A stretch of DNA of 64,000 nt, from contig NC_043004.1 in assembly GCF_006345805.1 (NCBI RefSeq), forward strand, positions 101,866,001 through 101,930,000, in the 5' to 3' direction. Position numbers and translations under genes: made by a program. Under the pieces are notes generated by a model, which ran no database searches, had not been told where the DNA came from, and was given only the letters and a program-made list of their open reading frames with translations. Source of the stretch: Octopus sinensis (Eukaryota). Positions 53,301-64,000 of the stretch are shown piece by piece; position 1 is the first letter of the stretch, and each line of letters opens with the position of its first letter.

Positions 53301-54313
53301 CTGCACGTCCGGGTCTATCTCCCACAATTAACGTCCTTAACGGACGTTGGTGCGTGGATCAAAAAGAAACCTAGGCTGGGGGACTGGCAATTGGAGTGCC
53401 GTCAGGCACTTCAGCTACTCTCTCAGACGGGCAATGCCGGCAGCAGGAGCTCCACCGCGGATTTTTTATAGCGGGTTAGTAGAGACCAAGTCCGAAGACG
53501 CCTTGGGGGAGACCCTGGGATACGATGAAAATCAGTTAATCAACCTGTTCAGGAGAACGTTCGGGCCGGGGTATCTGGATAATTACCAGAAATCCCTGGC
53601 TTGGCAGTACTTCTGTGCGGCGTTACAGGTTCGTGACAAGCTTTCAAGGCACGGAAGTGCCGTCTCGCCGACATGCCCGAGATGTGGGCAGGATAGGGAA
53701 ACTGTCTTGCACGCATTCGTGGAGTGTCCGGAATTATCGGGACTGATAGCTTTCGTCGAACAACTGATGTCACTGATGGGAAGAGGACAGCTATCGGCTG
53801 AGTCTATCATCAAGATCGTGCCACCTCCTTCTCTTAGCAGGGAAAGGAAGGCCTGTTTTTTTTTTGCGTAGTAACCATACTGAAAGAAACAGTATGGAAG
53901 ACGCATGTGAAAGGCATAGTGACAGGTACCTTTCTCCCTGGCCATGGGTTGGTCAACTTCTTTAGTTACCCCCTCAATAGAGAAGAGGTGTCTGTCACGG
54001 GGTATATTTGTTAAAAGATGGAAACCTGTGGAAAGCAAGTTGGGTGCAATTGGCACCAAGTAAGTGCATTCAAGACGAAAACTAAAGGTTCTACCCAGGT
54101 GGCCGGATGCCTGTAGGGAATACTTTGCAAATCGCAATGAACGTAAAATTTTTAAAATATTTAAAAACTATATATATTGTTTCATTGTTTCATGATTCAC
54201 CAATCATCCGAGACTGTTTTTAATCGATTAGCAGTTACTTCACCTTTTTATGTTTGTTTGTCTTTGTTCGGCTCTTCTTTGTAATGCCGTCATTGCAAAT
54301 TTGAGGAAATAAA
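50400..54313 (+). mobile_element. Tx1/L1-like LINE: ORF1 tail (50406-51020) plus complete but disrupted ORF2
   Basis: ORF2 starts MTALNLGCLNVRGL..ETKL (APE); LGDFNA, SYLDRI, GYWKLN, RT motifs, CPRCG..ETVLHAFVEC knuckle; AATAAA at 54308. Confidence 0.93.
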
Positions 54314-54471
54314 GTAGCTTGCTTACGAACCACATGGTTTCGGGATCAGTTCCACTGCGTGACACCTTGGCAAGTGTCTTCTACTATAGCCTCGGGCCGA
54401 CCAAAGCCTTGTGAGTGGATTTGGTAGACGAAAACTGAAAGAAGCCCGTCGTATATATGTATATATATATA

Positions 54472-54527
<56 letters not shown>

Positions 54528-54753
54528 GTGTATGTATATATTTGTGTGTCTGTGTTTGTCCCCAAAAACATCGCTTGATAACCGATGCTGGTGTGTTTAC
54601 GTCCCCGTAACTTAGCGGTTCGGCAAAAGAGACCTATAGAATAAGTACTAGGCTTACAAAGAATAAGTCCTGGGGTCGATTTGCTCGACTAAAGGCGGTG
54701 CTCCAGCATGGCCACAGTCAAATGACTGAAACAAGTAAAAGAGTAAAAGAGTA
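54314..54753 (+). mobile_element. CORE-like SINE family 2 lacking its extreme 5' end, with internal (TA)n
   Basis: Matches 63483-63890; ends (AAAAGAGT)2. Confidence 0.88.
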
Positions 54754-54808
54754 TTGTCCATGTAGCAAACGATTAAAATTGCGTTTTACGTAAAATTATT
54801 TTACCTAC

Positions 54809-55060
54809 CGAAGAATAAGATTGTCCGTTAGAAACTTCTGTGATGAAAACATCGGCGTTTTTCAGGCTACCGTCCATTGAGAAGCCTAGTGCCACGTAAC
54901 CTAGTGATTAAACATCTGTATGGAATTTAATATGAGATTTATCAAATTTCCATGAAAGGTGATAAGTTTTGTTGCGGTCCAGATAAGGAGAATGGAAATA
55001 ATCATCCGCCAAAACACTGGAACCAAAACAGGAGAGCACAAATACAAGTAAATGCAGCAT
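54809..55060 (-). pseudogene. Inverted paralogous copy of MOXD1-like exon 1 with premature stop
   Basis: MLHLLVFVLSCFGSSVLADDYFHSPYLDRNKTYHLSWKFDKSHIKFHTDV*SLGYVALG...GQSYSS|GTAGGT. About 37 differences in 249 nt versus 8229-8477, no indels, AAA>TAA at 54908-54910; ~55 bp of intron homology follows. Confidence 0.92.
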
Positions 55061-55122
55061 TATGTCATTAGAGTAGTATTGACGTTTGAGTATATAAAAT
55101 GCTGAGTATATCAAACGTTTGA

Positions 55123-55596
55123 AAGGCGGCGAGCTGGCAGAAACGTTAGCACGTCGGGTGAGATGCTTAGCCGTATTTCATCTGCCGGTGAGCTGGCAGA
55201 AACGTTAGCACGCCGGGCGAAATGCTTAGCGGTATTTCGTCTGCGTTACGTTGTGAGTTCAAATTCCGCCGAGGTCGACTTTGCCTTTCATCCTTTCGGA
55301 GTCGATAAATTAAGTACCAGTTACACACTGGAGTCGATATAATCGGCTTAATCCGTTTGTCTGTCCTTGTTTGTCCTCTCTGTGTTTAGCCCCTTGTGGG
55401 TAGTAAAGAAATAGGTATTTCGTCTGCCGTTACCTTCTGAGTTCAAATTCCACCGAGGCGACTTTGCCTTTCATCATTTCGGGGTCGATAAATTAAGTAC
55501 CAGTTACGCACTGGGGTCGATATAATCGACTTAATACCTTTGTCTGTCTTTGTTTGTCCCCTCTATGTTTAGCCCCTTGTGGGTAGTAAAGAAATA
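55123..55596 (+). mobile_element. Tandem multimer of SINE family 1 flanked by a 16-bp target-site-like duplication
   Basis: Partial head + full unit + 3' unit; TATATCAAACGTTTGA (55107-55122) versus TATATCAAATGTTTGA (55597-55612). Confidence 0.85.
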
Positions 55597-55759
55597 TATA
55601 TCAAATGTTTGAGTATACTATATTTTTAGTGCGCAGGTACTCACTATTTTCATTCAGCACCTGTTAGAAGTACACTTAATAAAAGCTCTTTGTATCTATT
55701 AGACCTTTTCTACTTTACACGAATCTCTAAATTAGGTTACTTCCACGGATCTCTAAATT

Positions 55760-55987
55760 AGGTTATTTCCAGTCTTACTGTGTAAGTTATCATAATGATC
55801 GGTAACAAGAATGATTCATAGTGAGTCACGTAATTTAAAACCAAATACCTGCTAGAAATCGCTGACTTACACAAGTGCTATTATATTATTTCTAGCAGGT
55901 ATTTGGTTTTAAATTACGTGACTCACTATGAATCATTCTTATTAACGATCATTATGATAACTTACACAGTAAGACTGGAAGTAACCT
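55760..55987. repeat. Near-perfect inverted repeat, 100-bp arms, 28-bp spacer
   Basis: 55760-55859 is the reverse complement of 55888-55987 with 3 differences by eye. Confidence 0.95.
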
Positions 55988-56375
55988 GATGTAATACCAT
56001 GGCCTTCTGGTAAGATACACCCCAAAATATTCCCACACGCATAATAGATAAATCACTTGTAATTATTATATGTCTTTAGAAAGAACCCAAATGAGAGTTC
56101 ATGCACTTAAATACAAGCGCAGTAGGCTGTCACTTATGTAATATAGTGAAGTGAAAACTCAATTAAGTATCATCTATAGAAATTAATAAAAAATGTCCTC
56201 TTAGACATTTATCTATTAATTTATCTAAAAACAATAAACAAAGAGTAATAACGACAACATCGAGATGAACGTAGTGCTGAAATCTTTGAAAATGTAACGT
56301 GCCGAGGCGCAATACACCACAATTCTCGGGGATGCAAACTCTACAAGCTCCATTGATATAGCACTGCTATTTCCA

Positions 56376-56802
56376 AACGTTTGAAAGGCGGCGAGCTGAC
56401 AGAAACGTTAGCACGTCGGGCGAGATGCTTAGCGGTATTTCATCTGCCGTTACGTTCTGAGTTCAAATTCCACCGAGGTTGACTTTGCCTTTCATCTTTT
56501 CGGGGTCGATAAATTAAGTACCAGTTACGCACTGGGGTCGATGTAATCGACTTAATACCTATGTCTGTCCTTGTTTGTCCCCTCTTTGTTTAGCCCCTTG
56601 TGGGTAGTAAAGAAATATGTATTTCATCTGCCGTTACGTTCTGAGTTCAAATTCCACCGAGATCGACTTTGCCTTTCATCCTTTCGGAGTCGATAAATTA
56701 AGTTACTTTTTGTTGAATATTTTCTCAAATATTTTCTTGTAAACTGTTTTTAACATTTTCTTATTATTATCAAAGAATGTATATACGCGTATGTATTTTA
56801 AT
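56376..56802 (+). mobile_element. SINE family 1 dimer plus captured ~100-bp local sequence inside a 13-bp duplication
   Basis: ACTGCTATTTCCA at 56363-56375 and 56803-56815; 56705-56805 is identical to 57959-58059. Confidence 0.8.
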
Positions 56803-56815
56803 ACTGCTATTTCCA

Positions 56816-57200
56816 CCAATAAGGGTTCCAGTTGAAAAACACGTCTAACAAGGTGATGCCATCTCTCTAAAGTTCTTCCCTACCTTATCTAGATATGGTC
56901 ACCAGAAACATTGACTGGACAGGTAATATGAACTTCATCAGCGAAAAGGCTTACACATTTCGGACGCAGAAGACATCTTACTCATTGCCGAAACCACAGA
57001 TCAGCTACAGACCATGCTGACAGAGTTGGACACTCATAGCTCAGCAAGAAGCCTTCAAATGAACCGAGTGAAAATAAAATACATTCAGCCTTACAAAGTA
57101 TCAGAAGGCCGAATAGAAGTAGGGAGCAATTATATCGAGGAGGTAAAGGAGTACGTCCACTTAGGACAGACAGTGAGTATGCAACAAGACAAACATTTTC
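56816..57200 (+). mobile_element. RTE-like RT fragment
   Basis: LQTMLTELD...LQMNRVK.KY...IEEVKEYVHLGQ. Confidence 0.7.
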
Positions 57201-57790
57201 AGTATGAGGTTATCATATGTGTTAAAAATATATCAGCTAAAAAGGCCTTAAATAGCGCACATATTCTTTTCCTTTATTTTTTTGCATAATCGTATGAATT
57301 CTCGTGTGTAGAACACAAATTCGCAAACATTTTTTTTTAAATTCCAAAAAATAAATGAAGATTCGATGGTTTATATAGCGTCTGTAAAGCAGAATTTCGC
57401 CAAAATTTCGTTGTTTATAGTTGACACATGCTGTCACGCACAAAATGACAGCTTCCAAATCCTGTTTTATGATTTAATAAAAATGATCAAACTTTAAACC
57501 TCATTTTAAAAAAATGTTCTCATAAAAGTGAATTATTCCCTGAGATTCAGCGTGGAAAATTACATCAGTACACTAAATTTCAAAATTTTCCCTAAACTTA
57601 AAAGTTTCCATAGGTGCAGCGAAACAGAAAATTCTCTTCCTTCCCCCCACCCCAACCAACCTCCCACACAGTCCCTTAAAATAACAAACAACCCTTAGCT
57701 ACACATAAAATAAAAAATGCTACGAAAACAAGTTGGTTCATCTCAAATTCTTTGTAAACTCTTAAATATATCTCCTTCTGTGTATATATA

Positions 57791-57863
<73 letters not shown>

Positions 57864-58185
57864 CTACCAAACAAACATGTTTGTTGAACTCCTAATGCTT
57901 TTTCTATGTATGTATATAGATACTACCAAACAAACATGATTTTTATTGAACTCCTAATACTTTTTGTTGAATATTTTCTCAAATATTTTCTTGTAAACTG
58001 TTTTTAACATTTTCTTATTATTATCAAAGAATGTATATACGCGTATGTATTTTAATACTTTTTTGACAACCAGTACTTAGCATAACAAAGCTTATACAAA
58101 GCTTTGTATTTTACTGTTGACAATCTTTTTCTAAGAAAGTGAAACTGGTCAAGTGAATAAACATCTTTATAATTGCATTTTCAAA

Positions 58186-58275
<90 letters not shown>

Positions 58276-58419
58276 CATACATATTTTTCTCTCTGTCACT
58301 CACTCTAAACACATATATTGTGTTGAGTCAAATGTTCTGTAATAACTTTATAACTTGTTTGCTTTATTCGTTAAGTTACAGCACAAGCAGACTAGCATTC
58401 AAAGTATATGACATCGCGT

Positions 58420-59185
58420 TGCACCATCTGATGTAACCTTTCTGCCGGGTCATTGACCTCACGCTGATACCAGTTCTTGTCCTTCGAGACGAACTCTTTC
58501 AATGAAGCCTCAACCTCATCCTGAGGGTTGAATCGTCGCGAGCGCAGGAAGCGAGCCATGGGTGGTAATCCGAGGGAGATATTTTTCTACATCCCTAACA
58601 TGCGTAAACAGTGTTTAAGCAAGAGCCAGCTTCCAGAACCTGTCACCAAACATTGAGCGCTTCGAACACACGGTAATGCTCAGTGTCTGGTGGAATTATG
58701 AGCGTGTTTGTTCCGGGCGATCGAAATATCGATGCCAACCTGTATTCTGACCTGCTCGAGCAGACGTATGTCATTGTGAGGCAAAGATATCCAGCATTGC
58801 TTAACAGAAAGCGACCTCTTCTGCAGCAAGACAACTCAAGGCCTCATACCACTAGAACGACCCGAAATAAACTCCTAGAAATTGGGAGAATCAAACTGAT
58901 GCCACACCCAGTAAATATTCGGACTTAGATCCTTCGGATTATTATTTGCTTCGATCCATGCTTCACCTCCTGCGCTCGCGACACTTCATCAGCTAAGAGG
59001 AATTAGGAAAGCTACAATGAAGGAGTTCTTCAAAGGACAAAAACTGGTACTAGCGTACCAGTAAGGTGGCTTCAGACAGTGCAACACTATGGCCTCTACC
59101 TTGAATGCTAAGATGCTTTGATTGTAACTTGACAAATAAGGCAAATAAGTTAACAAAATATTGCGGACTTTTGGCTCAACACTAT
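58420..59185 (+). mobile_element. Degenerate mariner transposase C-terminal fragment
   Basis: MLSVWW, LLQQDNSRPHT, HP...DL.PSDYYL motifs. Confidence 0.8.
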
Positions 59186-59280
59186 ATATCTATGTATGAA
59201 TGCATATACTTGGGTATTTGTGTATAGATCAATACGTATATATTTATATTTACATATAAACATACAAACATATAAGAATA

Positions 59281-60578
59281 TTAGGTTGGCAACTAAATTC
59301 CCGCCGTTTTTTAAATTTAAATTTTTTAAAAGGTTTAATAAAAAACATCAACTAATTAATCAATAATGTATTCACCCTTGTTGTTTACAACTTCTTCCCA
59401 ACGTTCAACAAGATTTTCAATACCTCGTTGATAGAAATCATCCGATTTCGACTCGAAAAATTGATCCAACCAAGCTCTCAATTCTGCATCAGTACTGAAC
59501 GGAACTCCGCGCATAGAATTTGAAAGAGATCGAAAGAGGTGGAAATCCGTTGGTGCCAAATCAGGAGAGAACGACGGGTGTGGCAGCACTTCCCAGCCAT
59601 GCGTTTGAATGGCTTCCTTGGTCATATTGGCGATTTGAGGGCGGGCGTTGTCGTGCAGCAGAAGAACTCCATGCTGACGATTAGGTCTTTTCTCTTGAAC
59701 AGCCGCGTTGAGTCGTTCCATCTGTTGAACATAGAGCTCCGCGTTGACCGTTAGGTTCCGTTCAAACAATTCTAAATGGATAATTTCTTCTCAGTCCCAC
59801 CATACGCACAACATCGTTTTACGCTGATGAAAATTTTGTTTCACGCTCGGTGTCGTTTGTTTACCGGGGCCAAACCATTCCTTAAACTGCTTCATATTAA
59901 TGTACAGGCACCACTTTTCGTCGCCAGTAACGATTCGGTAAAGAAATCGTTGCTTGTGTCCATGAGTTGAGCGGTGACGAGCAAGCAAACAAGCGGAGAT
60001 TGTGGCTCGTTGATTTTTGTTATTGTCACTTAAAGCATGCGGAACCCATGCTCCATACTTCTGAACCGTTCCCATCGAGTGAAGATGCTTCTATAGCAGT
60101 GTGGGAACATTCCATTTTCTCTGACAGTTCCCTTGTCGTTTGACGAGAATTTTCGTGCAAAATTTGGTTTAATCGCTCTTTGTCGAACTCAACTGGACGG
60201 CCCGAACGATGTGCGACTTTGAGATCAAAATTTCCATTTTTGAACTTGACATACCAATCACGAGCGGTTCTTTCAGCTATGGCACCCTCTTCATACACAC
60301 ACAAATGTCGCGAGCAGCTTTTGCGGCCTCAGAACCTTGATTAAAAGCAAAAAGAAGGAGGTGTCAAAAATGCTCGTTTTTCTTAACCTGACATTCCATT
60401 TCAATGATCTGAAAATAAACAAAAATTAACTAAAATTAACTAGAAAAAAAATACAAACAAAATAGATTCAAAAATGATTCAAAAATAGAATTCTCGAAAA
60501 CAATAGATTCCAAAATTTAAAAACGCAATAAATTCCAGAATTTTTTTTAAAACGGTGGGAACTCAGTTGCCAACCGAA
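59281..60578 (-). mobile_element. Full-length (1298 bp) mariner with TIRs and TA duplication; transposase pseudogene ~59356-60399
   Basis: TIRs TTAGGTTGGCAACTAAATTCCCGCCGTTTT / AAAACGGTGGGAACTCAGTTGCCAACCGAA, TA on both sides; WVPHAL, IVTGDEKW, HDNARP, SPDLAPTDFHLF (DD34D); early stop and frameshifts. Confidence 0.96.
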
Positions 60579-60739
60579 TATAAATACATGTGTGCGTGCG
60601 TGTGTATACTAATATATAGTAGTAGAAACTCCACCCTCCAATTCAGTACCGTCTGTGGTATACAAATTGAACAGGTGCGAAAACAATTTATAGATACACT
60701 CAGAATAGCAATCGAAACAGAAGGTTTAAGGAATTTCAG

Positions 60740-61060
60740 TATTGTTCTGTATGCTGACAAGTATTACAAGCCATCAAATTTACGATGTCGGACTTTGAAC
60801 ATGCTTCGGCAAGCTTACGGTGGCGAAGCAATGGATCGTACGCAATGTTTCGAGTGGCAAGGGCTCTTCAAAAGGAGTTTCAATTAAGCGGAGTCTCATC
60901 GTGTTTTCGACATCCGCGGTATTGTGCATCGAGAATTCGTCCCCCGGGACCAGACCGTCAATCAAGACTTCTACTGCGACGTTTTGAAGCGTTTAAGGAA
61001 TCACATTCGGCGAAAGCGAATGGATTCTTTACAACAACAATGCACCTGTGAACGAGGTCC
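60740..61060 (+). mobile_element. Internally deleted mariner remnant
   Basis: MLRQAYGGEAMDRTQCFEW fused to HREFVP..QTVNQDFYCDVLKRLR. Confidence 0.75.
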
Positions 61061-61656
61061 CCTACTAAATAATATATTCTATATTTTTCCTTATTTTATT
61101 ACTTTACTTTGGGCTTCTTGCATTTCTATTTCATCTCTATCGTATTTATACTATATTGTAATGCATCTAAAAGAACACACTTTTATTAGTTCACTATAAT
61201 ACTATAATATATTGATTTTAAATACTGCTTATCTATAATATTAATAACTATTTATAATATAATGCTATCACATTATTGTAACCACCTTCAGAATTTCTTT
61301 TATTTAATACATTATTTTAATACCTTATTCTTTATTTTTATTCTTATTCATTTTTACAATAACTTCCATAAATGTACTACCTTCCTTCCCTTTGTAGGGT
61401 GGTTCTTACCATGTTCTTTCTATATAGCATTCATCAGTTAACAGTTTGGAACCGTATACTCAACACACTGGAACATGAAAATGTAATGGTATATCTAAAG
61501 CCAACTCCGATGAGATTGAGGTTTAATATGTTTTTAATTATGCTAATTAATTTCTAAAGTCTTGAATTGAAACAGCTGTCAGAGATGATGTCCAATTTTA
61601 TAATTAATAAATAAGTATTAATTTAATTGTCGCTTTTCTTTTTTCTTGTATATATA

Positions 61657-61688
<32 letters not shown>

Positions 61689-61696
61689 TGATATAT

Positions 61697-61729
<33 letters not shown>

Positions 61730-61732
61730 TTA

Positions 61733-62050
61733 AAGACTCCGCCGGTTACGACGACGAGGGTCCCAGCTGATACGATCAACGGAACAGCTTGCTCGTGAAA
61801 TTAACGTGCAAATGGCTGAGCATTCCACAGTCACGTGTACCCTTAACGTAGTTCTCGGGGATAATCAGCGTGACACAGAGAGTGACAAGGCTGACCCTTT
61901 GAAATACAAGTACAACTCATTTTTGCCAGCTGAGTGGACTGGAGCAACGTGAAATAAAGTGTCTTGCTCAAGGACACAACGCATCGCCGGGAATCGAACT
62001 CACAACCTTACGATCATGAGCCGAATGCCCTAACCACTAAGCCACGCGCC
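61733..62050 (-). mobile_element. tRNA-derived SINE family 3 (CORE-like)
   Basis: Head GGCGCGTGGCTTAGTGGTTAGGG...GAGTTCGATTCCC, then GTGTCCTTGAGCAAGACAC. Confidence 0.88.
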
Positions 62051-62843
62051 CTCACTATATATATATATACATATCTAAATCCTGACGTATATATACAAAC
62101 AACTTATGAGGCAAAGCATTTCTTATGCAGAGCCAGAAATCCGGGATCTGGAATTATCCATTAATTTTTTTGCTACTTTATTTTGTATTTTTGTCTTCTC
62201 TCCTGGTACTGTATGAACTTTTAATGTGGTTTTAGGGTCAAGTTTTGGCTGCTGTTTAAAGCGTGGTTGTTTCTCATAGATACCCTAAATTATAATTTTA
62301 ACAATTATTACCTTTCAAGGTTTTTATTCCCATGCTGGCCACTTGTCCTCTTGGCCCGGTGCCACTGTATCATTGCCCTTCTTTTCCCCCAACCTGTGCA
62401 TTCTACCCACATGCCTTGTCTCACTCTATTATTGCCGTCTGTTAGCCCCCGACCTGGATGTTCCACCCTCACATAGCAAGAAAACCTTTCCCTCATCCTA
62501 CCCCAACAAACTAATTTATATCTCTTCTTTTTCTCGCATTTCTTCATTCACTATACCTAGCTCTCGATCCCCACTCCTGTCCTCACACCTCCTGTTCCTT
62601 TGTATCATTGCTGTCCAGTAACTCCTCCAACTGTATATATACCCAGGTTTTCACCACTTACTCGCACTTGCTTCGCAATATCCTGTCTCATGTATTTTCG
62701 CAGTTGAGCCTCAATGTATACCCTGGTACTTGCCACTATTCATATCTCTCTTCCTTTACTCAACCATCTCATTTATACCCTGATCCTCGTTCCTTGTGAG
62801 AATGCCCGTCATTCTGCCAACATCTACATCCTGCGGTCGCCCA

Positions 62844-62874
<31 letters not shown>

Positions 62875-63089
62875 TCTTTCTCTATATCTCCCTTTCTTTC
62901 CCTCCATTGTACATCCCTCAGGGTGGGTAACCGTGTATTTTCTTTGCGGTAGCACACCAGTTTCTGTCTTCATCCCTGACCTTCTGTCTCCTCCCAGGTA
63001 ACCTTATACTTCCTCTTCAGCAAGACACTTATATCTGTCTCACTATAATCTTTTCATCATCACCTCCTCCGATACCTCCTCCCCTCTTA

Positions 63090-63426
63090 AAAGTTTTTTT
63101 CTTGCAAGTGCTTGGTGAACCTGTCAGTGCAGGTGCCACTTAAAAGCACCCAGTCAACACTGTAAAGTGGTTGGTGTTCGGAAGGGCATCCAGCTGTAAA
63201 AACCTTGCCGAAACTGGCCTCGCATGTGCTCGTGCCACATAAAAAGAACTACTCATCTTGGCCCACATTAAAAGCACTTAGTCCACTCTACTGAGTTGTT
63301 GGTGCTAGGAAGGGCATCCAGCTGTAAAAATTCTGCCAAATCAGTTACAGTTGCAGGCTTCTGTCTGGCCGACTCTTGTAGTACCGTCCAACCCATGCTA
63401 GCATGGAACACAGACGTTAAATGATA

Positions 63427-63428
<2 letters not shown>
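63090..63428 (+). mobile_element. Dispersed repeat with internally duplicated GGAAGGGCATCCAGCTGTAAAA module (RTE-5'UTR-like)
   Basis: Motif present twice (~63180 and ~63308). The family assignment is from memory. Confidence 0.5.
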
Positions 63429-63482
<54 letters not shown>

Positions 63483-63483
<1 letters not shown>

Positions 63484-63890
63484 GGCGTAGGAGTGGCTGT
63501 GTGGTAAGTAGCTTGTTTACGAACCACATGTTTCCGGTATCAGTCCCATTGCGTGGCACCTTGGGCAAGGGTCTTCTACCATGGCCTCGGGCCAACCAAA
63601 GCCTAGTGAGTGGATTTGGTAGACCGAAACTGAAAGAAGCCCGTCGTATATATGTATATATATGTATGTGTGTGTATATATTTGTGTCTGTGTTTATCCC
63701 CCCAGCATCGCTTGACAACCGATGCTGGTGCGTTTTCGTCCCCATAACTTAGCGTTTCGGCAAAAGAGAGCGATAGAATAAGTACTAGGCTTACGAAGAA
63801 TATGTCCCGGGGTCGATGTGCTCGACTAAAGGCGGTTCTCCAGCATGGCCACAGTCATATGACTAAAACAAGTAAAAGAGTAAAAGAGTA
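63483..63890 (+). mobile_element. CORE-like SINE family 2, full length
   Basis: GGCGTAGGAGTGGCTGTGTGGTAAG head, GGCACCTTGGGCAAG, internal TA/TG repeat, AAAAGAGT tail. Confidence 0.9.
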
Positions 63891-63901
63891 CACATGCGCA
63901 C

Positions 63902-63959
<58 letters not shown>

Positions 63960-64000
63960 GCATATGTATACAACTATTAAGTGTATGCATGTATGCACAT

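Noticed and set aside
61980-62050. tRNA-like sequence with CAT in an anticodon-like loop
   Set aside because: The acceptor stem does not pair and it continues into a CORE-like body, so it is a SINE head, not a tRNA gene.

Overview
AT-rich, microsatellite- and transposon-dense animal genomic DNA. It is not prokaryotic: there are no operons, CRISPR arrays, rRNA or true tRNA genes. The repeat families resemble those I recall from Octopus/cephalopod genomes, but the species is an inference. The main content is one intact 13-exon gene on the + strand (CDS 8229-48086, 569 aa by hand assembly, all introns GT-AG, frame continuous). It encodes a copper type II ascorbate-dependent monooxygenase of the DBH/MOXD1 family with signal peptide, DOMON domain, all Cu ligands (HH, H, HxH, M) and a PTTQQP-repeat tail with no membrane anchor. 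About 6.7 kb beyond its stop, an inverted, ~85% identical copy of coding exon 1 carries a premature TAA but keeps its splice donor (54809-55060, -). The rest is retroelement and DNA-transposon debris: R4/Dong-like REL LINEs chained in (TAA)n tracts, Tx1/L1-like LINEs, RTE, CR1, Penelope-like fragments with hammerhead-ribozyme motifs, a Gypsy gag remnant, several tRNA-derived SINE families, Tigger and mariner elements, and fold-back elements. The most notable unexplained structures are a same-length, same-phase candidate alternative exon 37 nt behind exon 11, a five-fold CRE+CCAAT module with invariant 17-bp spacing, minimal hammerheads inside introns, and a near-perfect 100-bp hairpin. Most short ORFs in the supplied track are microsatellite or antisense artefacts. 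All coordinates, counts and alignments were done by eye; TE boundaries are approximate.
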